Shown: positions 1 to 9,487, counted from the stretch's first letter. The stretch is DNA of 60,173 nt from a bacterium UBP8_UBA6595 (GCA_002433595.1 DJIL01000012.1:1-60173); one strand, 5' to 3'. Notes: a model not told the origin generated them from the letters alone. A program made the numbers and translations.

Positions 1-19
1 CTTTAGGGGATTTAGGGGC

Positions 20-889
20 CTAGGCATACGGAGCCAGCGCCTTTTGTAAGGCATCCAGTTCACTCGCTGTTAATGGGACTAGCGGCAATCGTGGATTTCC
101 AGTTGAAAATCCCAGCTGATTCATGGCTGCTTTGACAGGCACCGGGTTGGTGGTCATAAACAATGCATCGCACAACGGCATGAGTTCATCCGCGATCGCC
201 TGGCTATGGGCTGTTTCATCCGCTTGCTGATGCTCAATTAACTGCTTGAGCTGAGGCCCCACAATATGCGAGGCTACGGACACAACACCAGTAGCACCGG
301 CATCCATAAACGGTAAAATTAACCCGTCATCACCGGCATAGATGATAAACGACTCCGGGGTTAGAGCACGGATGTTGCGTACCATCTCCACACAGCCACC
401 CGCTTCTTTAACTCCCACAATGCGGGGGTGTTTCGCTAAGGTTGCAATTGTTTCGGGGGTCATGTTGACGCTGGTTCGTCCCGGAATGTTGTATAAAATA
501 ATGGGGAGTTGGGTCGCATCGGCAATGGCCGTGAAATGCGCGATTAACCCGGATTGAGTGGGCCGATTGTAATACGGCGTTACTTGCAAGGACGCATGCA
601 CGCCTAGTGCCTCGGCCGCTTGGGTGGCTGCAATGGCGGTGTGCGTGCAATTGGATCCAGTACCCGCAATAATGGGAATCGTGACCGCATCTAATACTGC
701 CCGATACAAATCTAATTCTTCTGCATGGGTTAAGGTAGGGGACTCCCCGGTGGTGCCGGATAGCACAAGGGCATCGCTGCCGGTAGATTCTAAATGCTGG
801 GCAATCCGTTGGGCTTCTGTGCAATCAAGCGTATCGTTGATGTCAAAAGGAGTAACCATGGCTGTAATTAATGATCCAAACATATACAT
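20..889 (-). CDS. dapA: 4-hydroxy-tetrahydrodipicolinate synthase
   Basis: The product begins MYMFGSLITAMVTPF and contains GTTGES, a TPYYNRP-type motif and VGVKEAGG, as expected for DapA. I moved the start to the ATG at 889, which overlaps the coaE stop as TAATG. The longer track ORF (to 973) would overlap coaE. Confidence 0.9.
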   Translation of the reverse strand: MYMFGSLITAMVTPFDINDTLDCTEAQRIAQHLESTGSDALVLSGTTGESPTLTHAEELDLYRAVLDAVTIPIIAGTGSNCTHTAIAATQAAEALGVHASLQVTPYYNRPTQSGLIAHFTAIADATQLPIILYNIPGRTSVNMTPETIATLAKHPRIVGVKEAGGCVEMVRNIRALTPESFIIYAGDDGLILPFMDAGATGVVSVASHIVGPQLKQLIEHQQADETAHSQAIADELMPLCDALFMTTNPVPVKAAMNQLGFSTGNPRLPLVPLTASELDALQKALAPYA

Positions 890-1440
890 TAGTGTACTGT
901 ACGAAGCAACCGTTTGAATAGGGCGAGGGTGTCGGTACGCAATTGAGTGGGAGTTGTATTGTGTAAAGTCCAATCACCACGGGTTTGAAACAGCTCCCGA
1001 GACGCTTGGTGAGGCAAAATAGTCGCTGCTTTGGGGTTGCTAGCTAGAATATCTGAATCGGCACGATCCACCGTCACAATGGTTTGGCAACGGTCGCGTA
1101 GTCCAATTTCATCAATTAACGCCCCAACCAACACTGATGGAGTTGTGGGGGTTGGGAGCTGGGCCCGAATGACTGGATGTGAGATCGCATTTAATCGTTG
1201 CAGCGCTACAGGGTCATGAAAGACAATAGTGCCCAATCGTTTTCGGTCAATATGACCACTGGGGTGCAGGACATTGGGCGAAATCTGATGGGTAATGGCC
1301 GCAATAACATCGGGCATTTCCAATACGGCCCAGCCAAGATGATCCAATTCTACAATGGGAAGACCAAAGGTCTCATGCACAAGCTTGGCTACGGTTGACT
1401 TTCCGGATCCCACACGCCCGATGATACCCAGCCATGTCAT
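889..1440 (-). CDS. coaE: dephospho-CoA kinase
   Basis: The N-terminal P-loop IIGRVGSGKST and the size (183 aa) fit CoaE. The ATG at 1440 overlaps the nadD stop as ATGA. The rest of the protein is divergent. Confidence 0.72.
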   Translation of the reverse strand: MTWLGIIGRVGSGKSTVAKLVHETFGLPIVELDHLGWAVLEMPDVIAAITHQISPNVLHPSGHIDRKRLGTIVFHDPVALQRLNAISHPVIRAQLPTPTTPSVLVGALIDEIGLRDRCQTIVTVDRADSDILASNPKAATILPHQASRELFQTRGDWTLHNTTPTQLRTDTLALFKRLLRTVH

Positions 1441-1994
1441 AGATATAGTCCATGGGTGTGGCAATAATTAGCCACAGCTTCCGGGACAGCATCGGGCGCC
1501 CAGCGGTTGCGTAATGCAGTAGCGGCTAGGGGGCGTGGGGGTGCAGCACAATGCGTCACTTTGGCTGTCACGGGTATGTGGGGATTAGTGAATGGGTGCG
1601 TGTCTCTGGGAACAACGAAAATATGGGCAAAGGCACACAAGTCATCAATCCGGTACCACGTATGCAAGACCTGGTATTGATCACTCCCAATGACGAGTGT
1701 CAGTGTGGCACTTGGATACTGGGTTTGAAAATGTTCAAGGGTATGCAGGGCCCAATTGGGACTGTGATGAGCGTCATAGTCGGATACCCGAACGTTGGGC
1801 CAATGGGCAGTTGCCTGTTGTGTCATGGCCAATCGATGGTGAAATGGCGTTGAACTAACCGCACGATGGGGCGGATGAGCACAGGGCAATACAATGATTT
1901 GGTTAAAACGGGGGATTAATTGCCGAATTACATGGTCATGCCCCCAGTGAAAAGGATCAAACTGTCCGCCAAATACGGCTAAAGTATCCGGCAT
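1437..1994 (-). CDS. nadD: nicotinate-nucleotide adenylyltransferase
   Basis: The N-terminus FGGQFDPFHWGH is the (H/T)xGH nucleotidyltransferase motif, and the 185 aa size fits NadD. The start overlaps the upstream stop as TGATG. Confidence 0.85.
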   Translation of the reverse strand: MPDTLAVFGGQFDPFHWGHDHVIRQLIPRFNQIIVLPCAHPPHRAVSSTPFHHRLAMTQQATAHWPNVRVSDYDAHHSPNWALHTLEHFQTQYPSATLTLVIGSDQYQVLHTWYRIDDLCAFAHIFVVPRDTHPFTNPHIPVTAKVTHCAAPPRPLAATALRNRWAPDAVPEAVANYCHTHGLYL

Positions 1995-3361
1995 CAGTGA
2001 ACGGCCTCTTGCTTGAATACAACTAAAAATGTTTTAAGTATTATTTTAAAATCCAACAACAAGGACCAATTGTAAATATAATATAAATCGTAATGTAGTT
2101 TTAGATTGGGGTGCGGCGTTAAATAGGAGCGGCCATTGACCTGAGCCCATCCAGTGAGCCCCGCCTTAACATGAAACCGTTCGGTAAAGTGGGGGGTTTC
2201 TTTTTTGTATATATTTACAAAATGCGGGCGTTCGGGACGTGGCCCGACAAAGCTCATGTCTCCGCTTATAATATTGAGTAGCTGGGGTAGCTCGTCTAAC
2301 GATAATCGACGAAGTATTGCCCCAAAGGCAAACACTCGCGGATCGTTGCCAACCACACACACCGGTCCAGTCGTGGCTTCAGCATCCAAAACCATGGTTC
2401 GAAATTTAATAATTATAAAGGGACGCATGGTTTGGGTCAGGCGCTCTTGGGTAAAAAAGATTGCACCAGGCGATGATATATAAATGCCAATGCTAATTAA
2501 AAGCATAAGCGGGGCAAGTACAATTAGTAAAAACAGGGCTAGACTACGGTCTAATAATTCTTTGATTGCATTTTGTATGGGGGTGTTTCTAACTGGGTGG
2601 GTATGTAAAAACGTTAGACTGTCCATAGAACAGGCTTGAACCGGTACCTGCTGAAACACGGATGTATTGGCGACGACATGTAGGGTGCTGGTATGGGATT
2701 TTAATAGCTGAGTATAGGGTAGAGCTAATGCGGGGTTTGTGATATAAATAATATCTGGTTTATACGCGTCCAATAGCTGAATAATGTTGGAGATCGGGCC
2801 TAAATTTTTATAGTGGTCATTAATTCGGTAGCGAAACTGAGTGGGCACTGTATCTGAAATACTACCAATGTAGTGAATGCAATAGCTGGGTTGCTGCAGG
2901 AGCGTTTCAATAACCATTTGCTCGGCATCTCCGCCACCAATAACAATAGCTTTTTTATGATGGCGCAATCGAAACCAAGGCCACTGTTCAAGTTTCCATA
3001 GTACGATACGAACACTGCTGGTGCTAACGATACACAATAAAGATGCATAGGCAATAACGGCACGTGATTCTGGCAATTGAGGAATTAAAAATGACAAAGC
3101 CATTAATTGGACACCTGCAATGATAGACCCTTTAACGCCAACAAGAATGGTATCCACAATGTGTAATGGGCCAACGCGTTGACGGTATACACCATAAAAA
3201 GAAAAAGAAATCATCCATACTAATGTAGCGACTAAGCTTAGAATTATATACGGCTCAGGCATGACGGCTAATGAAAACTTAATGCGATAGGCCAGCGAAA
3301 AAGCGCTGGGTATTAGTAGCATATCTAAACAAAAGCTACATATGAAAATAAGTTTATTCAT
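1994..3361 (-). CDS. polyprenyl-phosphate sugar phosphotransferase (Bac_transf / WbaP-WcaJ-like)
   Basis: The N-terminus has multiple TM segments. The C-terminal region FIIIKFRTM...DELPQLLNIISGDMSFVGPRPERP...KAGLTGWAQVNGRS is the bacterial sugar transferase domain. I chose the ATG at 3361 (MNKLIF...), which overlaps the gpsA 3' end by 8 nt. Confidence 0.85.
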   Translation of the reverse strand: MNKLIFICSFCLDMLLIPSAFSLAYRIKFSLAVMPEPYIILSLVATLVWMISFSFYGVYRQRVGPLHIVDTILVGVKGSIIAGVQLMALSFLIPQLPESRAVIAYASLLCIVSTSSVRIVLWKLEQWPWFRLRHHKKAIVIGGGDAEQMVIETLLQQPSYCIHYIGSISDTVPTQFRYRINDHYKNLGPISNIIQLLDAYKPDIIYITNPALALPYTQLLKSHTSTLHVVANTSVFQQVPVQACSMDSLTFLHTHPVRNTPIQNAIKELLDRSLALFLLIVLAPLMLLISIGIYISSPGAIFFTQERLTQTMRPFIIIKFRTMVLDAEATTGPVCVVGNDPRVFAFGAILRRLSLDELPQLLNIISGDMSFVGPRPERPHFVNIYKKETPHFTERFHVKAGLTGWAQVNGRSYLTPHPNLKLHYDLYYIYNWSLLLDFKIILKTFLVVFKQEAVH

Positions 3362-4331
3362 GAATAAGCGGGCGATCAAATAGGCACTGCAGTGCCGCTT
3401 GGGGAGATTTGGATTCAAGCAGTACTCCGTGAATTTCATACAAAAGGGGCAGGCTTAAATTTTCCTGATGGGCATAGGCATAGAGGCACTGGGTTGTGCG
3501 TAAGCCTTCAACGGTGTGCAAATGTGTCGTCGATGTTTGGGTGCCAAGGGCATAGCCGTACTGCCAATTTCGGCTATTTTTAGATTGGCAAGTTGCGATT
3601 AAATCGCCAATGCCCGATAAACCATATACCGTTGCCGTGTGCCCACCCATGTGAGTCACCAATACGCGCATTTCATTGAGACCGCGGGTCAATAAGGCCG
3701 CTTTAGCATTTTGACCTAAATGTAGAGCATCGCAAAGCCCAGCGGCAATGGCTAATACATTTTTAAATACACCCCCAATTTCAACACCAATACAGTCAGT
3801 AGCCGTGTATGGCCGAAACCAGGGGGTACTTAGCTGTTGCTGTAGGCGAGTCGCTAGGCCTGAATTCGTACTGGCAATAACACTGGCGGCTGGTTGTTTT
3901 TGAGCAATCTCATCCGCCAAGTTTGGACCAGAAAGAACCGCGACATCGGGGGCTCCCAGTCGGCTTAAATACGCAGACAATAACCGGTCGGGTTCATCGG
4001 TAAGACCTTTGCTTAAAATTAACCAAGGGGCGGCTCGGTTGGTAATCGTACAAACGTGTGCGTAATGTTTCGCCGGCAAAGCATATACCAATAGGTCGGC
4101 ACGATCCACAACAGTAGCTAGAGACGTGTGCGCCGTAATTAACGGGCTTAAGGTACAATTGGGCATATAATCGGGGTTGCTGTGCTGAGTATTAATGTGC
4201 TGACAACGGCGGTCACTGCGACTCCATAGCCGAACCGGATTTTGATTATGGGCCAATAGGGTTGCTACAACAGTAGCCCAAGAACCACTACCCAAAACCC
4301 CAACGGTTAGTGTAGGTTCGGCTGGCTTCAT
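3354..4331 (-). CDS. gpsA: NAD(P)H-dependent glycerol-3-phosphate dehydrogenase
   Basis: The N-terminus has the Rossmann motif VGVLGSGSWAT. The region GVFKNVLAIAAG...GLNEM and the 325 aa size also fit GpsA. Confidence 0.9.
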   Translation of the reverse strand: MKPAEPTLTVGVLGSGSWATVVATLLAHNQNPVRLWSRSDRRCQHINTQHSNPDYMPNCTLSPLITAHTSLATVVDRADLLVYALPAKHYAHVCTITNRAAPWLILSKGLTDEPDRLLSAYLSRLGAPDVAVLSGPNLADEIAQKQPAASVIASTNSGLATRLQQQLSTPWFRPYTATDCIGVEIGGVFKNVLAIAAGLCDALHLGQNAKAALLTRGLNEMRVLVTHMGGHTATVYGLSGIGDLIATCQSKNSRNWQYGYALGTQTSTTHLHTVEGLRTTQCLYAYAHQENLSLPLLYEIHGVLLESKSPQAALQCLFDRPLIHE

Positions 4332-4909
4332 TAGACTTTGTTTTCAGTGCCGTCTAGCAATCGGCGAATATTGCTTCGATGTTTAAATATAACCAGTGTC
4401 GATAGTCCTGTAATAGCACTGGTATACGCAAGTGGTAAGTTCAAAGAGTAGGCCATGATGGGGGCCAAGCCAGCACCCAATAGACTGGCAACCGACACAT
4501 ACCGGGTGGTTCGAATAACAAGGCTGGCTACCAATGCGAGCGATGCCCAAATTAGGGGGCTGAGCACCAATAGAAACCCCAAACTGGGGGCAACACCTTT
4601 ACCCCCCGTAAAGCGCAAAAACACAGGCCAAATATGCCCCACAATTGCGAGAAGTCCAACGCTAACATGCCACCAAGGATTGCTAAAATAGACAATCGCT
4701 AGACTAGTTGGAATCGCCGTTTTACCGGCATCCAAGATTAGGAGTAAAGCGGCTGGTTTCCATCCGCCTTGGCGATACATGTTGGTCGTGCCTAAATTCC
4801 CCGATCCTGTATTTTTCAAATCGAAGCCATACAGGCGCTGAATCCCAATCGCAAATGGGATTGAACCAATTAAATACCCCAGGATACTGGCGATGCATCC
4901 AACGAGCAT
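4331..4909 (-). CDS. plsY: glycerol-3-phosphate acyltransferase PlsY
   Basis: GSIPFA and GSGNLGTTN motifs are present. It is a 192 aa polytopic membrane protein. Its stop overlaps the gpsA start as TAATG. Confidence 0.9.
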   Translation of the reverse strand: MLVGCIASILGYLIGSIPFAIGIQRLYGFDLKNTGSGNLGTTNMYRQGGWKPAALLLILDAGKTAIPTSLAIVYFSNPWWHVSVGLLAIVGHIWPVFLRFTGGKGVAPSLGFLLVLSPLIWASLALVASLVIRTTRYVSVASLLGAGLAPIMAYSLNLPLAYTSAITGLSTLVIFKHRSNIRRLLDGTENKV

Positions 4910-4911
4910 AA

Positions 4912-5823
4912 CTAGCTTAGTGCGTCAAATACATGTTCAGCTAAGTATGAACTACGAACTAAGGGTCCTGAAAAAACATGGCGAATGCCCAAGTCAGTCG
5001 CAATGTCTTTGTAATAAATAAACTCTTTAGGATGGTAATAGCGGGAAATAGGCAAGCTATTTCGATCCGGTTTTAGGTACTGTCCCAATGTTAGAATATC
5101 AATGTTTCGATTGCTAATATCACGAAATGTTTGAATAAGCTCATCTTCAGTTTCCCCTAGGCCTAGCATCACACCTGTTTTAGTTAATCGGTTGGGATCC
5201 GTAGCTTTGACGGCAGACAATACATCCAGAGACCGCGTATACAGAGATCCTTTTCGCGCGATTCGATACAGGGAGGGGACCGTTTCTAAATTGTGGTTAA
5301 TTACATCAGCACCGGAGGCAATGACGGTAGCTAAGGGTGTGGCTTGGCCTTTAAAATCGGGGATTAACACTTCAACTTTTACGCGGTTTTTGTAGCGCTT
5401 TTTTATTTCAGATACGATAAATGCATAGTGCCCAGCACCCCCATCCGGTAAGTCATCACGGTTGGGCGAGGTGAGCACAACGAATCGTAAATTCAAGCTT
5501 TCAATGGCATTAAGAATATGCGCTAAATCAGCGGTGTCTGGCGGGAGTGGTTTCCCAAACTTTACACTGCAAAATTTGCATCTTCGGGTGCAAATAGTAC
5601 CCAAAATCATAAATGTCAGTAGGCCTTTGGACCAACATTCCGATCGATTGGGACAGCGCGCTTCTTGGCAAATAGTATTGGGGATGTCGGCGTTTAAATT
5701 TTTAGAGAGTGTTTCGGCGGCTTCCCGCTTGCCAATACTGGACCGAAACCAGCTAGGTAATCGCTCCCCAGTGGTCTCACTAAGTTCTGATTTGGTTAAT
5801 ATACAAGTCCGCTCAATTGTCAT
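4912..5823 (-). CDS. lipA: lipoyl synthase
   Basis: It has CQEARCPNRSEC and the radical-SAM cluster CTRRCKFC. The 303 aa size fits LipA. Confidence 0.92.
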   Translation of the reverse strand: MTIERTCILTKSELSETTGERLPSWFRSSIGKREAAETLSKNLNADIPNTICQEARCPNRSECWSKGLLTFMILGTICTRRCKFCSVKFGKPLPPDTADLAHILNAIESLNLRFVVLTSPNRDDLPDGGAGHYAFIVSEIKKRYKNRVKVEVLIPDFKGQATPLATVIASGADVINHNLETVPSLYRIARKGSLYTRSLDVLSAVKATDPNRLTKTGVMLGLGETEDELIQTFRDISNRNIDILTLGQYLKPDRNSLPISRYYHPKEFIYYKDIATDLGIRHVFSGPLVRSSYLAEHVFDALS

Positions 5824-5947
5824 AATAACCTTAAGTCTATCAAAAATTATAAAAATGAAACAGTCCGATGTTTAAATAATGGTGAAGGAGGGTATTTTAA
5901 ATTTATAAAATCACATAGATATTAGCGAACGATTATAAGGAGATACA

Positions 5948-6079
5948 ATGACCCATTATTCGATGGAAGACCTTCAGAAAAAATTGCCAAAAGTACTAAA
6001 AAGGGCTAACCCAGTAAAGAAAGAATTTGTTATGGAAGGATTTAATGTAACAATTTTTGTTCAGTTTTTTATGAACTAG
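5948..6079 (+). CDS. possible small ORF (43 aa), Phd/YefM-antitoxin-like N-terminal fragment?
   Basis: This ORF is not in the track. An AAGGAG Shine-Dalgarno lies 7 nt upstream of the ATG. The product is MTHYSMEDLQKKLPKVLKRANPVKKEFVMEGFNVTIFVQFFMN. It has no partner gene, and its 3' end overlaps the convergent gene by 11 nt. Confidence 0.25.
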   Translation: MTHYSMEDLQKKLPKVLKRANPVKKEFVMEGFNVTIFVQFFMN

Positions 6080-6992
6080 AAGGGGGTAGTAAATTTTGAA
6101 TGCGCTGAAGCGCACGTGTCAACCAACCCGATTGAGGCTTCGGTGGTGAGGGCTGTGGAATGCTTTGTAATTCAGCTAGCCATAACGCACAGGCTGAATC
6201 TCCGGCCGGTAACTGTCGAATTTTTTGATAGGTACTGAGCCACAGGGGGCGCAAGCGCTGAATAAAGTCATTATGGCCGGGCTTGTCCATTAACAACAGT
6301 AAAATGTCTTGCCAATGGGTTTGAAATATTTGCCAGGACTCGCCAGATATGGGCGGTGGCGAATACTCAGAGTCATCTGCAAACGAAAGCATGAAAAAAT
6401 CGGTCAAAAATGCAAGGGCGTTAGTTGCGGCATAATGCTCACGCAGCGCTTGGTTTAGTTGTGCACACCGCTTGGGAGTAAGCGCAGGCAGTTGAATATC
6501 CGATACAGCATCGTTGCTTCGGTATGTTTGGCTAATAGCCGCATCAACTGACTCATCATCCAAGGGCGGAAGGTCTCGCCGTTCACCCGTTTTGGATAAC
6601 TTTGGATAAAACCGTTTGGTGGAGGGGATAATTGTGGAAGATTGGGTACTGGGTTGCGTGGGTGTTTGAATAGCCTTTGGTTCTTTTTGGGGGGGCTTAC
6701 TCCCGGTTAGCAGGGCTAAAATCTCGATAACAAAGTTGTCATCAACCGTTCCTCCTTGTTGATTGATAATAGTTTGCCATTGCTTTCCCAAGGCGCTAAT
6801 AAAAGTATCCGGGACCTTAATTTCAATGACCTCATCAAAAATTTTCTTCCAGCCTTGTTGAATGCGGTCAATGTCTAAGCCAGACGGAATGGGAAGGTCA
6901 ACTCCCGAATAGATGGTTTCAAAATATTGAATTAAAAACGCATTATGGTCATTGTCGTCGAGCGCGTTCTGAATCTTTTGATAACTCATGCG
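6069..6992 (-). CDS. hypothetical protein (307 aa) with internal duplication, coupled to the djlA-like gene
   Basis: The ATG at 6992 (MSYQKIQ...) overlaps the djlA-like stop as ATGA. The N- and C-terminal halves resemble each other (NAFLIQYFETIY...PIPSG versus NALAFLTDFFMLSF...PPPISG). They are separated by a Pro/Thr/Gln-rich linker. I recognise no known motif. Confidence 0.6.
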   Translation of the reverse strand, partial: RMSYQKIQNALDDNDHNAFLIQYFETIYSGVDLPIPSGLDIDRIQQGWKKIFDEVIEIKVPDTFISALGKQWQTIINQQGGTVDDNFVIEILALLTGSKPPQKEPKAIQTPTQPSTQSSTIIPSTKRFYPKLSKTGERRDLPPLDDESVDAAISQTYRSNDAVSDIQLPALTPKRCAQLNQALREHYAATNALAFLTDFFMLSFADDSEYSPPPISGESWQIFQTHWQDILLLLMDKPGHNDFIQRLRPLWLSTYQKIRQLPAGDSACALWLAELQSIPQPSPPKPQSGWLTRALQRIQNLLPPSSS

Positions 6993-7813
6993 TGACTTTT
7001 TAAATACTGATACGCTTGGGTAATGGCTTTGATTTTTTTGTCGGCAATTGTGCGGTATTCTTGGCCCAAGTGCTGAACCTTGTCGGGGTGGTACTGCTTG
7101 CACAGTTTTTTGTATGACTGCTTGATCTCGGCTATATCAGGGCGCCCGGACAGCTCTAGAATGGCGATGCATTCGGCATAGCGGTCATGATTAGTGCGTG
7201 CAGTTGAGCGATTAAAGTATTGGTGCTCAAACGCAGTACGGTCATGGGGCCGAATGGCAAGCCGTTGACAAATTTCTTGAATGATTTGACGCTCATTGGT
7301 ATGGACCGAGCCATCGGCAATTGCAACTTGACACACCATATCCAATAAAATCAGTTTGGATTGATACTGAAAGGACGCATTAAATTCTGTGCACAATTCC
7401 GCCAACGGTGGGTTTTGCTTTAACGCAGACTGCAATAAATCCATCAGCCATGAGATACGAGAATGGGGAAAACCGATCCGATGAAAACATTGAATAACAA
7501 TGGCGAGTTCTTTATCACTCACATGCCCATCACTATGAATGACATGTGCGATGATGCGAATTAAAATTTCAGTAAATCGCTGATGCGATACAGTAGTGCT
7601 TTTGATGTTGGTATGAATGCCAGTGTTGTGCCGAATGGTTTTGAGTAATGAATAGCCAATAAAACCAATAACAATGATTGGAAAAAAGTTGATTAAAATA
7701 GCCAATGTAATTCCAAATAGCAAAATTACAAACCGAAAACCGCCAAATAAAAGTAAGAACAACAAAGCCAACCAAAAATAGTTGCTGTTGTTTGAGTAGT
7801 TTTTGTATCGCAT
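6986..7813 (-). CDS. djlA: DjlA-like membrane-anchored J-domain co-chaperone
   Basis: It has an N-terminal TM region and two TerB-like repeats (VIHSDGHVSDKE and VAIADGSVHTNE). The C-terminal J domain contains KKLCKQYHPDK. With the start at 7813 the product is 275 aa, and a TGGTAAACT -10-like box lies 10 nt upstream. The track ORF extends to 7900. Confidence 0.75.
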   Translation of the reverse strand: MRYKNYSNNSNYFWLALLFLLLFGGFRFVILLFGITLAILINFFPIIVIGFIGYSLLKTIRHNTGIHTNIKSTTVSHQRFTEILIRIIAHVIHSDGHVSDKELAIVIQCFHRIGFPHSRISWLMDLLQSALKQNPPLAELCTEFNASFQYQSKLILLDMVCQVAIADGSVHTNERQIIQEICQRLAIRPHDRTAFEHQYFNRSTARTNHDRYAECIAILELSGRPDIAEIKQSYKKLCKQYHPDKVQHLGQEYRTIADKKIKAITQAYQYLKSHA

Positions 7814-7955
7814 TGTACTAAGTAGTTTACCACGTTCTGGGTATTGAGCCCTACATATCTGTGTATTGAGCCTTGCATAAGCCTTACACGAATGAGCCAT
7901 AATATAAATAACGAAATAATAAGTAACAAAACAATGTTATACTGGCAGTCAAAGT

Positions 7956-8585
7956 ATGACACAGAAAGTAATAGGTATTGTTGATTATGGCGCTGGAAAT
8001 TTACATAGCGTTGAAAAACTATTTCAGTATTTAGGGTATGCCACTCGGCGAATTGGTACGGTATCGGATTTGGTCACTAGTGATACCCTGATTTTGCCAG
8101 GGGTTGGCGCGTTTGGTTATGGCATGGAACAATTAAATCAACGGGGATTTTCAGGCCCAATTATAGAGCATATTCAGGCTAAAAAACCCTTTATTGGTCT
8201 ATGCTTAGGGTTTCAGTTATTGTTTGAAAGCAGTGATGAATCCCCCGGAGTTACTGGTCTAAGCGTTTTTCGGGGGCACGTGCAGTCTATGGATAATTCG
8301 GTTCAGGTTGTTCCGCATATGGGGTGGAATCAGTTAGACTATGCGGACCAACAGCCATATTATTTACAGGGGATTGATCGTCCATTGGTTTATTTTGTTC
8401 ATAGTTACTGTGTTCATGGCATTGATGTCTCAATTGGCCATACTCAAACCGAGTACGGATCCCACTTTGTGTCTAGCGTGTGGACACCAACCGTATTTGC
8501 TGCGCAGTTTCACCCTGAAAAAAGTGGGCAGGTGGGGGTTCAGTTATTGCGCAATGTAATGCATTACTTTGCACATTTAAAGTGA
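7956..8585 (+). CDS. hisH: imidazole glycerol phosphate synthase, glutamine amidotransferase subunit
   Basis: IGIVDYGAGNLHSV, LPGVGAFG, the catalytic Cys in GLCLGFQLL, and QFHPEKS are all present. Confidence 0.92.
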   Translation: MTQKVIGIVDYGAGNLHSVEKLFQYLGYATRRIGTVSDLVTSDTLILPGVGAFGYGMEQLNQRGFSGPIIEHIQAKKPFIGLCLGFQLLFESSDESPGVTGLSVFRGHVQSMDNSVQVVPHMGWNQLDYADQQPYYLQGIDRPLVYFVHSYCVHGIDVSIGHTQTEYGSHFVSSVWTPTVFAAQFHPEKSGQVGVQLLRNVMHYFAHLK

Positions 8586-9487
8586 GTTTTTGCGACAGTG
8601 TGCAGCTGGTCTCGCCCCAATGAAGCAAGGACTTGGGCGTACGCAGTCTGAATGTGTGTGGCACCTTTGGGTAATACAATTCCAATGTGGTTAGATAACG
8701 CCTGAAGGTCGGTGATAAATTGATTGCGCGCAAGAATACTGGCGGCGGCTACGGCGATATTGGATTCAGCCCGAGTGGCTTGATGAATAGTGATATGGGG
8801 GATTCGGGCGCGTCCCAACTGGTGCAATAGCGTTGGTTTGGCAAATTGATCGGATAACGCAACTTTACACGATGTTTCGTGGCTCAGGTGCTCAATAACA
8901 TCAATATGACACGTGGCGAGTAATGTATTTAAATTAGATGTTTCGGGGTAACGCTTGTTGTAGCGTTCGGGCAATAAACTGAGTATAGTATGGGGGCAAT
9001 GCGCTTTGATCCAGTTTGCCAATTGTGCAATTTGGGTGTCATTGAGTCGCTTACTATCGGTAACCCCACGAGACTGAAGCGCGGGGGCTGTATCGGGGGT
9101 GACATAGGCAGCAGCAGTGACCAGTGGGCCAAAGAAATCCCCCTTTCCGGATTCGTCAACGCCAATTAAAGGCAGTGGACACTCACGAATAGACGGAGTG
9201 AGATTGGTATTTAGAGGGGCGGCCACTCCGATTTGTCTGGGTGTGATTGTGACGGCTAAGGGGGATAGCCAGGTATGCAGTTGTTTCTGCTGCTCGAATG
9301 ATTTTACCTGAGACAAGTCGATGCTGGGTCCCTTTTTTCCAAAAAACAACCGAATAATCACGGTGCTTTGATTGAATAGGCACTCAAGTTGATGCCCATA
9401 TTGAATTTTTTTTTGGCTTTTAATTTCAATTGAATTATGCTTTAATAAGCGTGTAGTTGCTAATATTAAATTACAATTTTCATTCAT
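8564..9487 (-). CDS. rnhC: ribonuclease HIII
   Basis: A roughly 90 aa N-terminal domain is followed by the RNase HII/HIII catalytic motif GVDESGKGDFFGPLV. The 307 aa size fits RNase HIII. Its 3' end overlaps hisH by 22 nt (convergent). Confidence 0.82.
   Translation of the reverse strand: MNENCNLILATTRLLKHNSIEIKSQKKIQYGHQLECLFNQSTVIIRLFFGKKGPSIDLSQVKSFEQQKQLHTWLSPLAVTITPRQIGVAAPLNTNLTPSIRECPLPLIGVDESGKGDFFGPLVTAAAYVTPDTAPALQSRGVTDSKRLNDTQIAQLANWIKAHCPHTILSLLPERYNKRYPETSNLNTLLATCHIDVIEHLSHETSCKVALSDQFAKPTLLHQLGRARIPHITIHQATRAESNIAVAAASILARNQFITDLQALSNHIGIVLPKGATHIQTAYAQVLASLGRDQLHTVAKTHFKCAK

Noticed and set aside
408-824. Long antisense or alternative-frame ORFs inside well-supported genes. 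Examples are 408-824, 19288-19662, 23453-23833, 25177-25506, 29755-30030, 42952-43302, 50463-50756, 51486-51812 and 52398-52721.
   Set aside because: Each lies wholly within a CDS that carries clear family motifs on the other strand or frame. Their products are low-complexity or Pro/Arg/Ser-rich with no motifs. I treat them as shadow ORFs.
6993-7103. A 37-codon N-terminal extension of the 6069-7103 ORF that overlaps the djlA-like J domain.
   Set aside because: An internal ATG at 6992 forms a classic ATGA stop/start overlap with the upstream gene. The extension would require 118 nt of dual coding.
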